A stretch of 64,000 bases of DNA from Candidatus Dormiibacterota bacterium (GTDB lineage: Bacteria > Chloroflexota > Dormibacteria > DASZGP01). Location: assembly GCA_035938265.1 (NCBI GenBank), contig DASZHA010000009.1, positions 3,520 to 67,519 on the forward strand. The letters are read 5' to 3'. Below the pieces are notes generated by a model. It was given only the letters and a program-made list of their open reading frames with translations. It made no database searches and had not been told where the DNA came from. Below are positions 22,501-33,435 of this stretch, in pieces; the stretch's first letter is position 1, and every line of letters starts with the position of its first letter. Made by a program: the position numbers and the translations under genes.

Positions 22501-22929
22501 GCAGAGGCGCTTGGCGATGTTCACCGAGGTCCCGAAGTAGTCCTCCTCGTCGTGGATCGGCTCGCCTACGTTGAGGCCGATGCGTACCTGCATCAGGTGC
22601 TCGGGGTCCTGGTCCTGGTTGTGGCGGGCGACCGCCTGCTGCATGCCGACGGAGCAGGCGATGGCGTCCACGGCGCTGGGAAAGATCACCATCAGGCCGT
22701 CGCCGAGGTTCTTGACCTCCTGCCCGCCGCGGCTGGCGACCGCCCCCCGGAGGAGCCGGAAGTGCGCGCGGCGCAGCTGCTCGGCGAGGTCATCCCCCAG
22801 CCGGTCCAGCATCTCGGTGGAGCCCACAAGGTCGGTGAAGAGCATGGTGACGGTGCCGGGGCCGGTCATGGCCCGCGGCGCGGCGGCGGCGACCGGCCGC
22901 GGTTCGGTCTGGAAAGCCGGGTCTTCCAT
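19567..22929 (-). CDS. class III adenylate cyclase (CHD) - STAND/NB-ARC P-loop NTPase - TPR repeat protein
   Basis: N-terminus has [23 protein letters not shown] and SVNIAKRL (metal Asp pair, substrate K/D, transition-state N/R all present). Walker [15 protein letters not shown] follows, then a C-terminal TPR-like repeat region. No LuxR HTH at the end. Confidence 0.85.
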   Translation of the reverse strand: MEDPAFQTEPRPVAAAAPRAMTGPGTVTMLFTDLVGSTEMLDRLGDDLAEQLRRAHFRLLRGAVASRGGQEVKNLGDGLMVIFPSAVDAIACSVGMQQAVARHNQDQDPEHLMQVRIGLNVGEPIHDEEDYFGTSVNIAKRLCDVAEGGQILASEVLRSLVGSRGGYEFRPLGELELKGIAGRVTSFEIQWVPVSRPTGKLPTPLRTNYRSAYVGRDDVIEALEHHWEVARGGHRQTVLLAGEPGIGKTRTATELAKTVIDAGGLVLYGHCDEEGVVPYQPFVEALRQCVESWSTDEIHARIGPSLPELVRLLPELSERVPAVRTPRSDPETERYRLFEAIRVLLTDLARSAPTLLVLDDLQWADKPTLLLLSHLLRASEHSPLMILGTYREVELDRRHPLSEMLAGLRRDRLYARIAIRGLTPEGVTAMLDSLALHKMDDPDRLFAETIQSETEGNPFFIEEILRHLIETGVIYQDDSGTWVSRIRASAEMMGIPESVREVIGRRLSRLSEETNIVLAHAAVLGREFDLAILEPMTGLGEDALLSAIEEALQHQVIAEVVGRGVLAYTFSHALVRQTLYDELSLPRKQRLHLRAAEAIEATRGGDLSRHIAALAVHYRMAGAAADPEKAIQYCLSAGRAASEGFAYEEAAAHLQGALELMDEAQVDRPMRAGLLEGVGDLLFLTGIDYQKGTRHLERALQIYEELQQPNRVARVHSKLGRNISGFPEPQMIRIPVAEEHYRQAEAILAPGPERATMGYVQLGLASIAVWKGQALDGIDRSARAMEIGDRLNNRALWANAAVLHGWNLFNAGHLDEGCRVIERAWGEANELNHVLAAFLAAWMRAQQANWLEDPVDSEAWIAKELAAPRSAQAPQQRHMLVGTRLHNDLLQGNLDRAELLLPDAVGTTRDFYEMGIALARGDTNRALDAAQRWGEVGRMIGDQISGLGSLGWQGRIMRLQGKAEEAVGALETYVGSLEQIHWRYSDVWGRAQLALAYLDLGQADAAADRLEELRAMVPADQDWRGAEAGFTLAQAGIAALKGDIERATELYTRTVALRRDYPAPFEEAEAHLGWGTALARTGDSGADQEFDAAVELYGRFGAGPFWSKRADRLREAAGLG

Positions 22930-22992
22930 CTGAGCTGACCCTAGCGGGAAGGGCTCACGGATGCCACGTAAATGTGCACAGCTGTTCGGGCG

Positions 22993-25900
22993 TCAGTCGG
23001 CCGCCGCGCGCTCCCGCTCGACCCGGTCGAACCAAGGTTGGCCGGCGCCGAGCTCCTGCAGCTCCGCGATGGCGGCATCGAACTTCTCACTGGCACCACG
23101 CGAATCACCCATGCGCCGCAAGCTGCGCCCCCACAGGCGAAGTGTCTCCATCGCCTCGATGCGAGCCGGGTAATGCTCCCAAAGTCGCATCGCGGCTGCG
23201 AACTCGCGCTCGGCTTCCTCCCTTTCACCCCGCATGGCGGCGAGGACACCCGCCAGGCGGTGAGTCAACGCCGGGCGGCCATGCCACTCGTCGAGGCGCG
23301 CCGCCATCAGCTCCCGGGCCTGGTTCAGGAGTTGGGTGGCGCCGTCGAGGTCGCCTGCGTCTGCATAAGTCACCCCGAGGTAGGAGACAGCCCAGGGTTG
23401 GAAGATTGGGGTGTTCCTCTCCTGGGCAAGACGCAGGTAATCCTTGAGCTGCGCTTCCGTCTTCTGTGCGTCGCCGCGGTAATACGCGACCATGCCGCCA
23501 AATCCAACGCTCCCCATGTACGCGATCTGGTCGCCCATGCGAAGACACCTGACCCCGGCGCTCGAAAAGTGCTCGGATGCACCAGCCAGGTCGCCTGCCT
23601 GAAACTCCAGCTCTCCCTCGTTCCAGTCGCTGAAATAGTCGCCAGCATCGGCGAACCAACGCCGCGCGCCGTCGGCGCTCAGCTGGGTGTTCGCCTGAAT
23701 CAGCGCCTGCAGCATCTCGGCCTGCTGCTGAGGAGCCTGCGCCGACCTCGGCGCGGCAAGCTCGCGCTCAGCCCAGCTTATGCACGTCCGGTAGTCCCAC
23801 ATGAAGTTGGCGGCACTGACCCGCAACCAGGCCGCAAAGAACGCCGGCACCACCTGGTTCTTGGCGTCAGCCTCTTGCCATGCCCTCTCGATGATGTCGA
23901 TGCCCTCTTTGATCCGGCCCAGCTGGAAAAGGTGCCAACCTTCGACAACGACAGCATTGAGGCGAAGGCTTTCGTTACCGAGCCGCTCCCCGATCTCCAG
24001 GGCGGCTCGAGCGGATTCGAGGCCCTGCTCCGACGTGGCCATGAAGATTGCCGTCGACGCCAACCCGTAGTGGATGTACCCATGCGTTGCGCGTACGGGC
24101 TCGTCGGGTAGCAGCTCGAGCGCGACGCGGAAATGCTCGACTGCCGCAGGCACGTCCATTACCCCGTCCACCTGGTGCGAGGACTTGTTGCGGCCGAGGC
24201 GCGAGTGGGCCTGAGCCTGGCGTTCGGGGTCACCCAGCTCCTCATAGATCTGCAGGGCCTCCGTCAGATAGGCGACGCCGTTCACCAGGTCGATCCCGGT
24301 CACCTGCATCAGGTCTCCCATGCGCAGCAGCACCGCCGCCCGCAGTGCAGGGTCGGAGCCTTTCTCGTCCATCAGCTCGAGGGCGGCCTCAAGATGGACC
24401 GCGGCATCGTCGTAGGCGGATAGCTCGGCTGCGGCGGCCGCCGCCCTGAGCATGTAGTCGATCGCCGTATCGGGGTCAGCCGCTGCTCCTGCCAACCGGT
24501 AGTGGCCGGCGAGCGCCGCAACCTGGGAGTCGAGGTCGCGTTCATGGACGGCCTCCAGCGCCTGCGCGGCCTTCAGGTGCAGCCGCTGCTTGCGCGGCAG
24601 GCTGAGCTCGTCGTAGAGGGTCTGCCGGACCAGGGCGTGGCTGAATGTATAGAGCACCTGGCCATTGCCGGCGGCCTCCGCGATCAGCCGGTGCTCAAGG
24701 GCCTCGTCGATCGCGGTCAAGAGCGCGTCCTCGGAGAGGCCGGTCATTGGCTCGAGGACCGAAAATTCGAACCGGCGGCCGAGGACCGCGGCGTTGGCCA
24801 GGGCGGTATTGGCCTCGCCGGAGAGCCGGGTCAACCGGCGCCCGATCACCTCGCGGACGCCCTCCGGGATGTCGAATTCGGCCGCCGTGGCCACGTCGCT
24901 GACCCAGCGCCCGTCCGCGCTGCGATAGAGCGCGCCAGTCTCGATCAGGTGGCGGATGATCTCCTCGATGAAGAACGGGTTGCCCTCGGTCTCCTGGTGA
25001 ACCCCCTCGGCGAACCGAGCCCCGCCCTCGTCCATTTCGTGACGGGCAAGCGACTCCAGCATCTCCCGCACCGCGTCGGATGACAGACCCCGAAGAGCGA
25101 TCCGGTGGTATGACTGTTCTCGGCGCAGTCCCGCCAGCACCTCAGCCAGCGGGTGACGCCGGTCCAGCTCGACGTCGCGATAGGTGCCGAGGATCATCAG
25201 GGGCGACTCGCCGGGAGCCCGCAGCAGGTGCAGGAGCAGCAGCAGGGTGGGCTTGTCGGCCCAATGGAGGTCGTCGAGGACCAGCAGCAGGGGCGCCTCC
25301 ACGGATGCCTCGCGCAGGGCAAATCGAACCGCCTCGAAGAGGCGGTACCGCTCGGTCTCGGGGTCCGAGCTGGGGCTGGGTGGCGGCGCCGGAGAGTAGG
25401 CGAGTATGTCTGGCACCAGCCTCGCGAGGGCGATGGTGCTGTCACCAAGCCGACCCGCGACGTCGGTGGCGGGCCAGGAGTTGACGAGGGCGGTCAGCGC
25501 CTCGACAAACGGCTGATACGGGATGACGCCCTCCTCGTCCGAGTGGCCGTACAGCACGGTTCCGCCCTGCTCGTGGACGAATCGCGCCAGCTCCGTCGCG
25601 GCGCGCGTCTTGCCTATCCCTGGCTCGCCCGCCAGCATCACCGTCCGGCGCCGGCCCCCAGCTGCGTCAGTCCACGCGCGCTTGAGCTCGGCCAGGGGGT
25701 CGTCGCGACCAACAAAAGCGGTCGGATACTCGGCGGTGAGCACTGCGGGCAGCGCCCGGACCGGGGCGATCGTCGCCTGCCAGGCCACCTCCCATGCCTC
25801 CACCTGGCCGGCGACGCCTTTGAGGTCGAGTGCGCCCAGCGCCTGGAAGTCGTGGGCGCCGCGGGTCCCGACCAGGCTGCGGACCACCTCAGACACAACG

Positions 25901-26292
25901 ATCTGGCCGCCGTCGGCGGCGTCACAGAGCCGCTTGGCCACAGCGACAGAGGTGCCGAAGTAGTCCTCCTCGTCTCGGATCGGCTCGCCGGCGTTGAGGC
26001 CAATGCGTACCATCAGGTGTTCGTCCGGGTCCTGGTCGCGGTTGTGCCGCTGGACCGCCTGCTGCATGCCGACGGCACAGCTGATCGCATCGACGGCGCT
26101 GGGAAAGATCACCATCAGGCCGTCACCCAGGTTCTTGACCTCGAGTCCCCCACGGCTGGCGACCGCATTGCGGAGCAGCCTGAAGTGAGATCGCCGGACC
26201 CGCTCCGCCGCGTCATCTCCGAGGCGGCTGAGCATCTCGGTCGACCCCACCAGGTCCGTGAACAGCATCGTGACCGTGCCTGGCCCGCTCAT
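22993..26292 (-). CDS. paralogous adenylate cyclase (CHD) - STAND NTPase - TPR protein; cyclase Asn replaced by Ala
   Basis: Same architecture as the upstream paralog. About 75-80% nucleotide identity in the compared N-terminal and mid-gene stretches. Walker [15 protein letters not shown]. The cyclase motif reads SVAVAKRL (codon GCT at about 25942-25944) where the paralog has SVNIAKRL. Confidence 0.85.
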   Translation of the reverse strand: MSGPGTVTMLFTDLVGSTEMLSRLGDDAAERVRRSHFRLLRNAVASRGGLEVKNLGDGLMVIFPSAVDAISCAVGMQQAVQRHNRDQDPDEHLMVRIGLNAGEPIRDEEDYFGTSVAVAKRLCDAADGGQIVVSEVVRSLVGTRGAHDFQALGALDLKGVAGQVEAWEVAWQATIAPVRALPAVLTAEYPTAFVGRDDPLAELKRAWTDAAGGRRRTVMLAGEPGIGKTRAATELARFVHEQGGTVLYGHSDEEGVIPYQPFVEALTALVNSWPATDVAGRLGDSTIALARLVPDILAYSPAPPPSPSSDPETERYRLFEAVRFALREASVEAPLLLVLDDLHWADKPTLLLLLHLLRAPGESPLMILGTYRDVELDRRHPLAEVLAGLRREQSYHRIALRGLSSDAVREMLESLARHEMDEGGARFAEGVHQETEGNPFFIEEIIRHLIETGALYRSADGRWVSDVATAAEFDIPEGVREVIGRRLTRLSGEANTALANAAVLGRRFEFSVLEPMTGLSEDALLTAIDEALEHRLIAEAAGNGQVLYTFSHALVRQTLYDELSLPRKQRLHLKAAQALEAVHERDLDSQVAALAGHYRLAGAAADPDTAIDYMLRAAAAAAELSAYDDAAVHLEAALELMDEKGSDPALRAAVLLRMGDLMQVTGIDLVNGVAYLTEALQIYEELGDPERQAQAHSRLGRNKSSHQVDGVMDVPAAVEHFRVALELLPDEPVRATHGYIHYGLASTAIFMATSEQGLESARAALEIGERLGNESLRLNAVVVEGWHLFQLGRIKEGIDIIERAWQEADAKNQVVPAFFAAWLRVSAANFMWDYRTCISWAERELAAPRSAQAPQQQAEMLQALIQANTQLSADGARRWFADAGDYFSDWNEGELEFQAGDLAGASEHFSSAGVRCLRMGDQIAYMGSVGFGGMVAYYRGDAQKTEAQLKDYLRLAQERNTPIFQPWAVSYLGVTYADAGDLDGATQLLNQARELMAARLDEWHGRPALTHRLAGVLAAMRGEREEAEREFAAAMRLWEHYPARIEAMETLRLWGRSLRRMGDSRGASEKFDAAIAELQELGAGQPWFDRVERERAAAD

Positions 26293-26309
26293 CTCTTCCG
26301 CCCCTCAGA

Positions 26310-27596
26310 TTAGTCGCTTAGCGATCGCAGCTCCGCGTAAAAATCCGGGTACGACACATCCACCGCCGCTGCGCCGGTCATTTCCGAAGGCCCAACCGCG
26401 AGCGATGCGGCGACCGCCAGGCTCATGGCCATGCGGTGATCTCCGCCTGAGCTGAGGCGCGCCCCCTGAAGCCGGCCGGCGCCCAATACCCGCAGGTCCT
26501 CGCCATCGACGGCCGCGTCGATGCCAAGCCGGCCCAGCTGGTCGGCGATGGCGGTCAGGCGGTCGACCTCCTTGACGCGAAGCTCGCCGACCCCGCGGAA
26601 GCGTGTCTCGCCCTTGGCCATCGCCGCCGCCACCGCCAGCACCGGGACCTCGTCCAGTAGCGATGGGACCTCGCCGGGCTCGACCTCGGTGCCCTGCAGC
26701 GCCGCGCTGCGGACGAGGATGTCGGCCACGGCCTCCCCCGCCACCTCGCGGGTGTCGAACATCTCGACGTGGGCGCCCATCCGGCCCAGCACAGCGAGGA
26801 AACCGGCCCGGGTGGGATTGAGGCAGACGTTGCGGACAATCAACTCGGCATCGGGGTGCGCCGCCGCCAGCACTACCCAAAAGGCTGCCGAGGACGGGTC
26901 GCCGGGCACGGTCATCTCGAACGCGGGAAGTCGCGCTGGCGGCGTCAGGCGGATCGTGTCGCCGGTTTCGATCTCCACCCCCAGCCGCGCCAGCATGCGC
27001 TCGGTATGGTCGCGGCTGGACGGCGTCGTGATGGCGGTCTCCCCCTCGGCGTTGAGGGCCGCCAGCAGAATCGCGGTTTTCACCTGGGCGCTGGCGACAT
27101 CGACGTGGTGCTGGGCGCCGTGCAGCCGCTGCCCAACGACCCGCAGCGGCGGGAGACCCTTTTCCGCCGTCTCGACCTCGGCGCCCATGCGCCGTAGCGG
27201 CTCCGCCACACGGTCCATCGGCCGCAGGCTGAGTGAAGCGTCGCCCACCAGGGTTGCGCCGGCGCTCTCGATCCCAGAGATGGCGCCGGTGAGGAAGCGC
27301 ATGGTGGCGCCGGAGTTGCCGCAATCGATGTCGGCCGCGGCCGTGGCCAGCCCGCGCAGCCCGACGCCGTGAACGTGAGTTACCTCACCGTCGTCCTCGA
27401 TCTCAACCCCCAGCGCCGCCAGGCCACCGACCATTGACTCCTGGTCGGCGCCGCCGGCACGGCCCTCGATCCTTGAACTGCCCTGGGCCATCGCCGCCAG
27501 CACAAGTGCCCGGTGGGAGATCGACTTGTCTCCCGGGACCACGATCTCACCCTTGAGCCGCGCCGCCGGGAGGAACGGCATCGCGTCGGCCACCAA
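26310..27596 (-). CDS. aroA: 3-phosphoshikimate 1-carboxyvinyltransferase (EPSP synthase)
   Basis: LKGEIVVPGDKSISHRALVLAAMAQGSSRIEG is the EPSPS N-terminal signature. GTG start abuts the tyrA stop. Confidence 0.9.
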   Translation of the reverse strand: MVADAMPFLPAARLKGEIVVPGDKSISHRALVLAAMAQGSSRIEGRAGGADQESMVGGLAALGVEIEDDGEVTHVHGVGLRGLATAAADIDCGNSGATMRFLTGAISGIESAGATLVGDASLSLRPMDRVAEPLRRMGAEVETAEKGLPPLRVVGQRLHGAQHHVDVASAQVKTAILLAALNAEGETAITTPSSRDHTERMLARLGVEIETGDTIRLTPPARLPAFEMTVPGDPSSAAFWVVLAAAHPDAELIVRNVCLNPTRAGFLAVLGRMGAHVEMFDTREVAGEAVADILVRSAALQGTEVEPGEVPSLLDEVPVLAVAAAMAKGETRFRGVGELRVKEVDRLTAIADQLGRLGIDAAVDGEDLRVLGAGRLQGARLSSGGDHRMAMSLAVAASLAVGPSEMTGAAAVDVSYPDFYAELRSLSD

Positions 27597-28475
27597 TCAG
27601 GCCCGGTCGGGGTTGTCCTTGGCCCAGCTTCTTCGGGTCTGCTGGGCACTGCGTAGCAGGCTGAGCAGCAGCTCGCGGTCACCTCGAGCGATGGCGGCTT
27701 CGAACTCGTCGAGGGCCTTATGCATCCCCGCGTAGGTGCCCAGCACCTCGTCGCGGTTGGCCTCCAGGATGGCGGCGTACATCTCGGGGTCGCCGGCGCC
27801 AAGGCGGCTGATGTCGCGGAACCCGGAGGAGGCCAGCGCCGATGCGGCATTCCAGTCCTTGGATTCGGCCGCGGCTTCCAGGAAGGCGGCGCTGAGCAGG
27901 AACGGCAGGTGGCTGACCAGGGCCACGTAACGGTCGTGCTTCTCCGGCGACATGAACACCGGCTGGGCCCCGATCGCCCGGATGATGTCGATGACGTCCC
28001 CGAACCCTTTCTTTTCGCGCTCCGACCAAGGGCCGCGCGGCGTGAACACCCAGGGCCTGCCGCGGAAAAGCTCAGGGTCGGCGTTCTCGATGCCGGTGAC
28101 CTCCTTACCAGCCATCGGATGGCCGCCGACGAATCTGTTGCGCTCGGGGTCGAGGGCCTTGTCAGCGCGCCTGACAACCCAGGCCTTGACCGAGCCCACG
28201 TCGGTGACCCTGGCCCCCTTCTTGAGGTGGGGCACGACGGCGGCGAGGACGTCGGCGGTCGCCCGCAGCGGGCACGCCAGCACCACCAGGTCGGCGCCGG
28301 CGACGAGTTCACTGTCCACGCCCGCGCGGTCGGCCGCGCCCATCTCGATGGCGAGGTGTGCCGTGGCATCGCGACGAGCCACGCCGATCACCTCAACCTT
28401 CGGAAGCGCCGCCTTGACGGCAAGCCCCAGGGACCCGCCCATGAGCCCCAGACCCACGATCGCAACCTGTTCCAT
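27597..28475 (-). CDS. tyrA: prephenate dehydrogenase
   Basis: MEQVAIVGLGLMGGSLGLA NAD-binding motif and TyrA C-terminal domain. Internal ATG of the 570-aa ORF, confirmed by reverse complement. Confidence 0.85.
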   Translation of the reverse strand: MEQVAIVGLGLMGGSLGLAVKAALPKVEVIGVARRDATAHLAIEMGAADRAGVDSELVAGADLVVLACPLRATADVLAAVVPHLKKGARVTDVGSVKAWVVRRADKALDPERNRFVGGHPMAGKEVTGIENADPELFRGRPWVFTPRGPWSEREKKGFGDVIDIIRAIGAQPVFMSPEKHDRYVALVSHLPFLLSAAFLEAAAESKDWNAASALASSGFRDISRLGAGDPEMYAAILEANRDEVLGTYAGMHKALDEFEAAIARGDRELLLSLLRSAQQTRRSWAKDNPDRA

Positions 28476-28516
28476 GCCCACGCCGATTATCGCGGCTGGC
28501 GGCGACCCCGCCAGCG

Positions 28517-29533
28517 TCAGTTCAGCTCGCGGCCGACCGCCTCCGCCACCCTGCGCACCTGGTTCATCAGCTCGGCAAAGCGCTCCAGCTTCAGCGACTG
28601 GGGACCATCCGAGTAGGCGGCCTCGGGGTTGGGATGCACCTCGACCATCAGCCCATCGGCCCCGGCGGCGACGCCGGCGCACGCCATTGCCGTCACCCAG
28701 CTCCATTTGCCGGTCCCATGGCTGGGGTCGACGATGATGGGCAGGTGGGAGAGCTCCCGGATGACCGGGACGGCGTTGAGGTCGAGCGTGTTGCGGGTAT
28801 ACGTCTCGAAGGTGCGGATGCCGCGCTCGCAAAGGATCACCTGGTAGTTGCCCCGGCTGAGGATGTACTCGGCGGCCAGCAGCCACTCCTCCACCGTCGC
28901 CGACAGGCCGCGCTTGAGCAGCACGGGCTTGTGGACCTGGCCGACCTCGTAGAGCAGGTTGTAGTTCTGCATGTTGCGCGCGCCGATCTGGAGGATGTCG
29001 GCGGAGGCGGCCACCGCCTCCACGTCGTGCGGCGCCGTCACCTCGGTGACCACGCCCAACCCGGTGGCGGCCCTCGCCTCCTCCAGGATCTTGAGCCCGT
29101 GGAGCCCCATGCCCTGGAACGTGTAGGGCGATGTCCGCGGCTTGAAGGCGCCGCCGCGCAGAAAGTGGGCACCCGCCGCCTTGACCGACTCCGCCGTCTC
29201 CATTACCTGTTCCCGGCTCTCGACGGCGCAGGGCCCCGCCATCACCACCACCGTGCCGCCGCCGATCTGGGTGCCGCCGACCTTGTAGATCGAGTCGTCG
29301 GGGTGCCACTCCCGCCCCGAGAGCTTGAAGGGCTTGGTGATGGGGATGATGGTCGCCACCCCGGCCATGTGGACCAGCGAATCCTTGATCTCGATGGCGT
29401 TGGGGCCGATGACGCCGATGATGGTGTCCGTCTCGCCCTTGGAGAGGTGGGCCTTGAAGTTGAGCTTCTCGATCTGCTTGACGACGCCCTCGACCTCGTG
29501 CTCGGACGCCCCCTTCTTCATGACGACGATCAC
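28517..29533 (-). CDS. 3-deoxy-7-phosphoheptulonate (DAHP) synthase, type I-beta with N-terminal ferredoxin-like regulatory domain
   Basis: KDO8PS/DAHPS-like TIM barrel ([24 protein letters not shown]...IVDPSHGTG) preceded by an approximately 70-aa ACT/FL-like domain. Confidence 0.85.
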   Translation of the reverse strand: MIVVMKKGASEHEVEGVVKQIEKLNFKAHLSKGETDTIIGVIGPNAIEIKDSLVHMAGVATIIPITKPFKLSGREWHPDDSIYKVGGTQIGGGTVVVMAGPCAVESREQVMETAESVKAAGAHFLRGGAFKPRTSPYTFQGMGLHGLKILEEARAATGLGVVTEVTAPHDVEAVAASADILQIGARNMQNYNLLYEVGQVHKPVLLKRGLSATVEEWLLAAEYILSRGNYQVILCERGIRTFETYTRNTLDLNAVPVIRELSHLPIIVDPSHGTGKWSWVTAMACAGVAAGADGLMVEVHPNPEAAYSDGPQSLKLERFAELMNQVRRVAEAVGRELN

Positions 29534-29549
29534 GCCCGCGTTCCCCGCA

Positions 29550-29975
29550 TCAGTCGAGGCCCTTGTCGCCGGTGGTCGAGTCCTCGGCCACCGTCATCCG
29601 CAGCTCATCGAGGTCGGTCTTGATGTCCAGGGCCCGGCGCATGTAGACGAAGCGCATCTCGGCCGCCGGCTTGTCGGTGTTGAGCAGGATCATGACCCGG
29701 ATGCACATCGGGATACTGCGGGGGTTGGTGGGGTCGACTTCCATCTCGTGGCCGCAGAGCAGGGGGACGTCGGTCCAGCCGAGCTTACGCGCGGCGATCG
29801 CGGGGAACTCGGCGGTTAGGTCCTTGGTGGTGGTGAACCAGGCGCCGGCGATCTCGGCGGCATCGATCTGGTTGGCGTCGATGAGGGCGCGGAGCAGCTC
29901 GTCGGTGGCGTGCTCGATGCTCGCGGCAGTGTCGTCCTCGACCGTGGTGGCGCCCCGGATGCCCCTAGTGGCCAA
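29550..29975 (-). CDS. aroH: chorismate mutase, AroH class (monofunctional)
   Basis: RGIRGATTV signature of AroH-type CM; about 140 aa. Confidence 0.85.
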   Translation of the reverse strand: MATRGIRGATTVEDDTAASIEHATDELLRALIDANQIDAAEIAGAWFTTTKDLTAEFPAIAARKLGWTDVPLLCGHEMEVDPTNPRSIPMCIRVMILLNTDKPAAEMRFVYMRRALDIKTDLDELRMTVAEDSTTGDKGLD

Positions 29976-30771
29976 ACTGCGCTTCTCCTCGTGAATCTGG
30001 TCCCAGCATCTCCCTGACGAAGGCGGCGGCGGAGCCCGCTGGGTCGTCCTCCGTGATTCGGTCGAGGAGGGCGCTGCCCACGATGGCGGCGTCGACCTTG
30101 CCCTTGAGTTGTGCCAGGTGTTCGGGCCGAGAGATACCGAACCCCAGCGCCAGCGGGGTGGACGTCAGCTCCCGGATCTTCGCCAAGAGCTTATCGACGT
30201 CGGCGGCAATCTCATCCCGGCTGCCGGTCACGCCGGTGACGGCGATGCAGTAGATGAAGCCACTGGCCAGCTCGGCGACGTGCCGCATCCGCGCCTCTGT
30301 GGTCGTGGGGGCAACAAAGAAGACGAGGTCCAATCCGGCCTCCCGGCAGGCCCGGTGTAGTTCGCCGGTCTCCTCCATCGAGAGGTCGGGGACGATCAGA
30401 CCGTCGATCCCGGCCGCCGCGGCGTCAGTGCAGAAGCGGTCGACCCCGTAGGCCAGGATGGGGTTGAGATACCCCATGAAGACCATCGGCGCCTCGGTCC
30501 GCTGACGGCAGAGGCGCGCGGTCTCGAGGCAGTGGACTACATTGACGCCGTTGGCCAGTGCTTTCTGAGTGGTGGCCTGGATGGTGCGCCCCTCGGCCAG
30601 CGGGTCGGAGAAGGGCACCCCCAGCTCGACCAGGTCGGCGCCGGCTTCCACCAGGGCCGCGACGATGTCGGGGGTCGAGTCGAGCCGCGGGTAGCCAACC
30701 GTGACGTATGGGAAGAGCCCGAGGCGGCCATCGGCACGCAGACGCTCGAACAGCGGCGAGATCCTGCTCAT
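29965..30771 (-). CDS. trpA: tryptophan synthase alpha chain
   Basis: LFPYVTVGYP...ELGVPFSDPLAEG. Confidence 0.9.
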   Translation of the reverse strand: MSRISPLFERLRADGRLGLFPYVTVGYPRLDSTPDIVAALVEAGADLVELGVPFSDPLAEGRTIQATTQKALANGVNVVHCLETARLCRQRTEAPMVFMGYLNPILAYGVDRFCTDAAAAGIDGLIVPDLSMEETGELHRACREAGLDLVFFVAPTTTEARMRHVAELASGFIYCIAVTGVTGSRDEIAADVDKLLAKIRELTSTPLALGFGISRPEHLAQLKGKVDAAIVGSALLDRITEDDPAGSAAAFVREMLGPDSRGEAQFGH

Positions 30772-30807
30772 GAGATGAGGCTGGTGGTCAGCCGGCCGGC
30801 TCGGGGC

Positions 30808-31974
30808 TCATCGGTCGGTGGCGCGGACGGTGTCGATGTCCTTGTCGCCCCGACCCGAGAGGCAGACGAGCATCGGCCCCTCGATGTCGCCCTTGAGTGC
30901 CCGGGCGATGGCGTGCGCGCTCTCCAGCGCCGGGATGATGCCCTCCAGGCGACAGGTGACGTGGAAGGCGTCCAGGGCTTCGTCGTCGGATATGGCTTCA
31001 TATGTCGCCCGGCCCGACTCATTCAGCTGACTGTGCTCAGGACCGACGCCGGGGTAGTCGAGGCCGGCGCTGATGGAGTGTGTTTCCGTGACCTGGCCGT
31101 CGTCGTCCTGGAGCAGGTAGCTGTACGAGCCATGCAGCACCCCGGGCCGGCCGCCGAGAATCGAGGCCGCGTGTTTGCCTGTCTGGATCCCAAGGCCGGC
31201 GGCCTCGAGTCCGATCAGGCGGACGTCGGCGTCGGGGATGAAGGCGTGGAAGATGCCGATGGCGTTGGAGCCGCCGCCGACACAGGCCAGCACCGCCGTG
31301 GGCAGGCGCCCGGTGCGCCCAGTGAACTGGTCGCGAGCCTCGTCGCCGATGACCGACTGGAAGTCTCGCACCAGGGTCGGGTAGGGATGCGGCCCCACCA
31401 CCGAGCCGATGATGTAGTGGGTGTCGCGGACGTTGGTGACCCAGTCGCGAATGGCCTCACTGGTGGCGTCCTTGAGCGTCTGCGAGCCGGTTTCCACCGG
31501 CTCTACCTCGGCTCCCAGGAGGCGCATCTTGTAGACGTTGAGGGCCTGGCGCCTCATGTCCTCGACGCCCATGTAGACCAGGCAGCGCATGCCGAAGCGG
31601 GCGCAGACCGTCGCGGTGGCGACGCCGTGCTGGCCGGCGCCGGTCTCGGCGATTACCCGCGACTTGCCCATCCTCCGCGCCAGCAGGATCTGACCGAGCG
31701 CGTTGTTGAGCTTGTGCGCCCCGGTGTGGAGTAGGTCCTCGCGCTTCAGCCAGACATCGCCGCCGGCGCGCTCGGAGAGGCGCTCGCCGAGGTAGAGGGG
31801 CGTCGGCCGCCCGCCGTAGTCACGGTTCAGGCCGGCCAGCTCGGCAGCGAACTCGGGGTCGCTGCGAGCCTCGGCGTAGGCCTGGTCCAGCTCCTCGAGA
31901 GCCGGCATCAGGGTTTCGGGCACGTACTGTCCGCCGTAGGCCCCGAACCGTCCGGCGCTGGCGCCCTCGGCCAT
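30808..31974 (-). CDS. trpB: tryptophan synthase beta chain
   Basis: [17 protein letters not shown]...[16 protein letters not shown] motif. ATG at 31974 overlaps the trpF TGA (ATGA). Confidence 0.9.
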   Translation of the reverse strand: MAEGASAGRFGAYGGQYVPETLMPALEELDQAYAEARSDPEFAAELAGLNRDYGGRPTPLYLGERLSERAGGDVWLKREDLLHTGAHKLNNALGQILLARRMGKSRVIAETGAGQHGVATATVCARFGMRCLVYMGVEDMRRQALNVYKMRLLGAEVEPVETGSQTLKDATSEAIRDWVTNVRDTHYIIGSVVGPHPYPTLVRDFQSVIGDEARDQFTGRTGRLPTAVLACVGGGSNAIGIFHAFIPDADVRLIGLEAAGLGIQTGKHAASILGGRPGVLHGSYSYLLQDDDGQVTETHSISAGLDYPGVGPEHSQLNESGRATYEAISDDEALDAFHVTCRLEGIIPALESAHAIARALKGDIEGPMLVCLSGRGDKDIDTVRATDR

Positions 31975-32609
31975 CAGTGCACTGCCTCCAGCAACTCGGC
32001 CTCGGCGCGGCGCGCGGCGGCGACGTAGGCCCGCACCCGCTCGGGGTCCTTGACCCCGGGACTGGACTCCAGCCGGCTGCTGGCGTCGACCCCCCACGGC
32101 CGGACCTGCCGGATCGCGTCGGCGACGTTGTCGGCGCTGAGGCCGCCGCTCACGATCAGGCGGTATCGCGGCGCGAGGTCCGCGGCCCACTCCCAGGGGA
32201 AGGTGCGCCCGGTGCCCCCGGGGACGCCGGGGTCGTGCGAGTCGACCAGCACGATCTGGGCTGGGGGCCAGTGAAGCGCCGCCGCGGCTGTCGAGGACGC
32301 CAGCCGCGCGCCCTTGATCACCGGCAGGTCCAACTCAGCGGCCTCCACCCACGTCTCCCCGCCGTGCAGCTGGACGGCGGTGAAGCCGGCCTCGGCAGCC
32401 ACCTCGGCAACCTCGGCGGCGGGTCGATCGACGAAGACGCCCACCAGCTCGACGTGATTGGGCATGGCGCGGGTGATCTCAGCCGCCTGCGCGCTGGTCA
32501 GGCTGCGGGGAGTGTTGGGGGCCATGATAAAGCCGAGCATGTCGGCGCCCGCCTCGGCCGCCGCCAGGGCGGTGTCGATAGCGGTGTTGCCGCAGACCTT
32601 GATGCGCAC
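31974..32609 (-). CDS. trpF: phosphoribosylanthranilate isomerase
   Basis: MRIKVCGNT...[10 protein letters not shown] is the TrpF N-terminus; about 210 aa. Confidence 0.85.
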   Translation of the reverse strand: MRIKVCGNTAIDTALAAAEAGADMLGFIMAPNTPRSLTSAQAAEITRAMPNHVELVGVFVDRPAAEVAEVAAEAGFTAVQLHGGETWVEAAELDLPVIKGARLASSTAAAALHWPPAQIVLVDSHDPGVPGGTGRTFPWEWAADLAPRYRLIVSGGLSADNVADAIRQVRPWGVDASSRLESSPGVKDPERVRAYVAAARRAEAELLEAVH

Positions 32610-32626
32610 CGGCCGCTCCCCCCTGC

Positions 32627-33427
32627 CTAGGCCGCCGCGCCGATGAGCTCGCGCACCTTGGCAACGCGGTCCTCAGCCCGCATCAACGCCGTCCCCACGA
32701 GGACCGCCCGGGCCCCGGCGTCGGCCGCCGCGGTGACCTGCCCGCGGGTCTCGAAGCCGCTCTCGGCAACCATCGGCACCCCGGCGGGCAGCCGCGCTGC
32801 CACCCGCTGGAATATCGTCGCGTCGAGGGTGAAGTCCTCGAGGTTGCGGTGGTTGACCCCCAGCATGTCGGGCGCCGCCGCCACGGCGACGTCGACCTCG
32901 GCCTCGTCGTGGACCTCGAGCAGCACCTGCATGCCCAGCTCGTGGGCGCGGTCCACCAGGTCCACCATCTCAGCGGCGCTCAGGATCCGAGCGATGAGCA
33001 GGACGCAGTCCGCGCCATGGGCCCGCGCCTCCAGGACCTGGATGGGGTCGATGATGAAGTCCTTGAAGAGCAGGGGCAGCGTGGCCGCCGCCCAGGCCTG
33101 GGCCACGTGCGCCGGGGCGCCATCGAAGTGGGCATCGGCGAGCACCGAGATGGCGCTGGCGCCGCCCCTCTCGTATTCGCGGGCAATCAGTGCCACGTCG
33201 TAGTCCTCGGCGATCAGGCCCTTCACCGGTGAGCGCCGCTTGCACTCGGCGATCAGGGCCGGCCGGGGGCCCGCCAGCAGCGCCGCGGCGAAGTTCCTCG
33301 GCTCCCCCCGGGAGGCGGCCAGCGAATGCAGCATCTTGGGGTCCGGCGGGGTGACCTTCAAGTGAGCGCGTTTGTGCTCCACGATCGTGTCCAGCACCGA
33401 GCCCGCACCCGACTCGCCGTCAGCCAT
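32627..33427 (-). CDS. trpC: indole-3-glycerol phosphate synthase
   Basis: IAECKRRSPVKG...LLIARIL IGPS motifs. Confidence 0.9.
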   Translation of the reverse strand: MADGESGAGSVLDTIVEHKRAHLKVTPPDPKMLHSLAASRGEPRNFAAALLAGPRPALIAECKRRSPVKGLIAEDYDVALIAREYERGGASAISVLADAHFDGAPAHVAQAWAAATLPLLFKDFIIDPIQVLEARAHGADCVLLIARILSAAEMVDLVDRAHELGMQVLLEVHDEAEVDVAVAAAPDMLGVNHRNLEDFTLDATIFQRVAARLPAGVPMVAESGFETRGQVTAAADAGARAVLVGTALMRAEDRVAKVRELIGAAA

Positions 33428-33435
33428 CAGCCGGC

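Noticed and set aside
19567-26292. Looked for a C-terminal LuxR/HTH domain on the cyclase-STAND proteins (as in mycobacterial AC-ATPase-LuxR regulators)
   Set aside because: Both proteins end in TPR-like helical repeats (…[16 protein letters not shown] and …[14 protein letters not shown]) with no helix-turn-helix signature. They are not called transcription factors.
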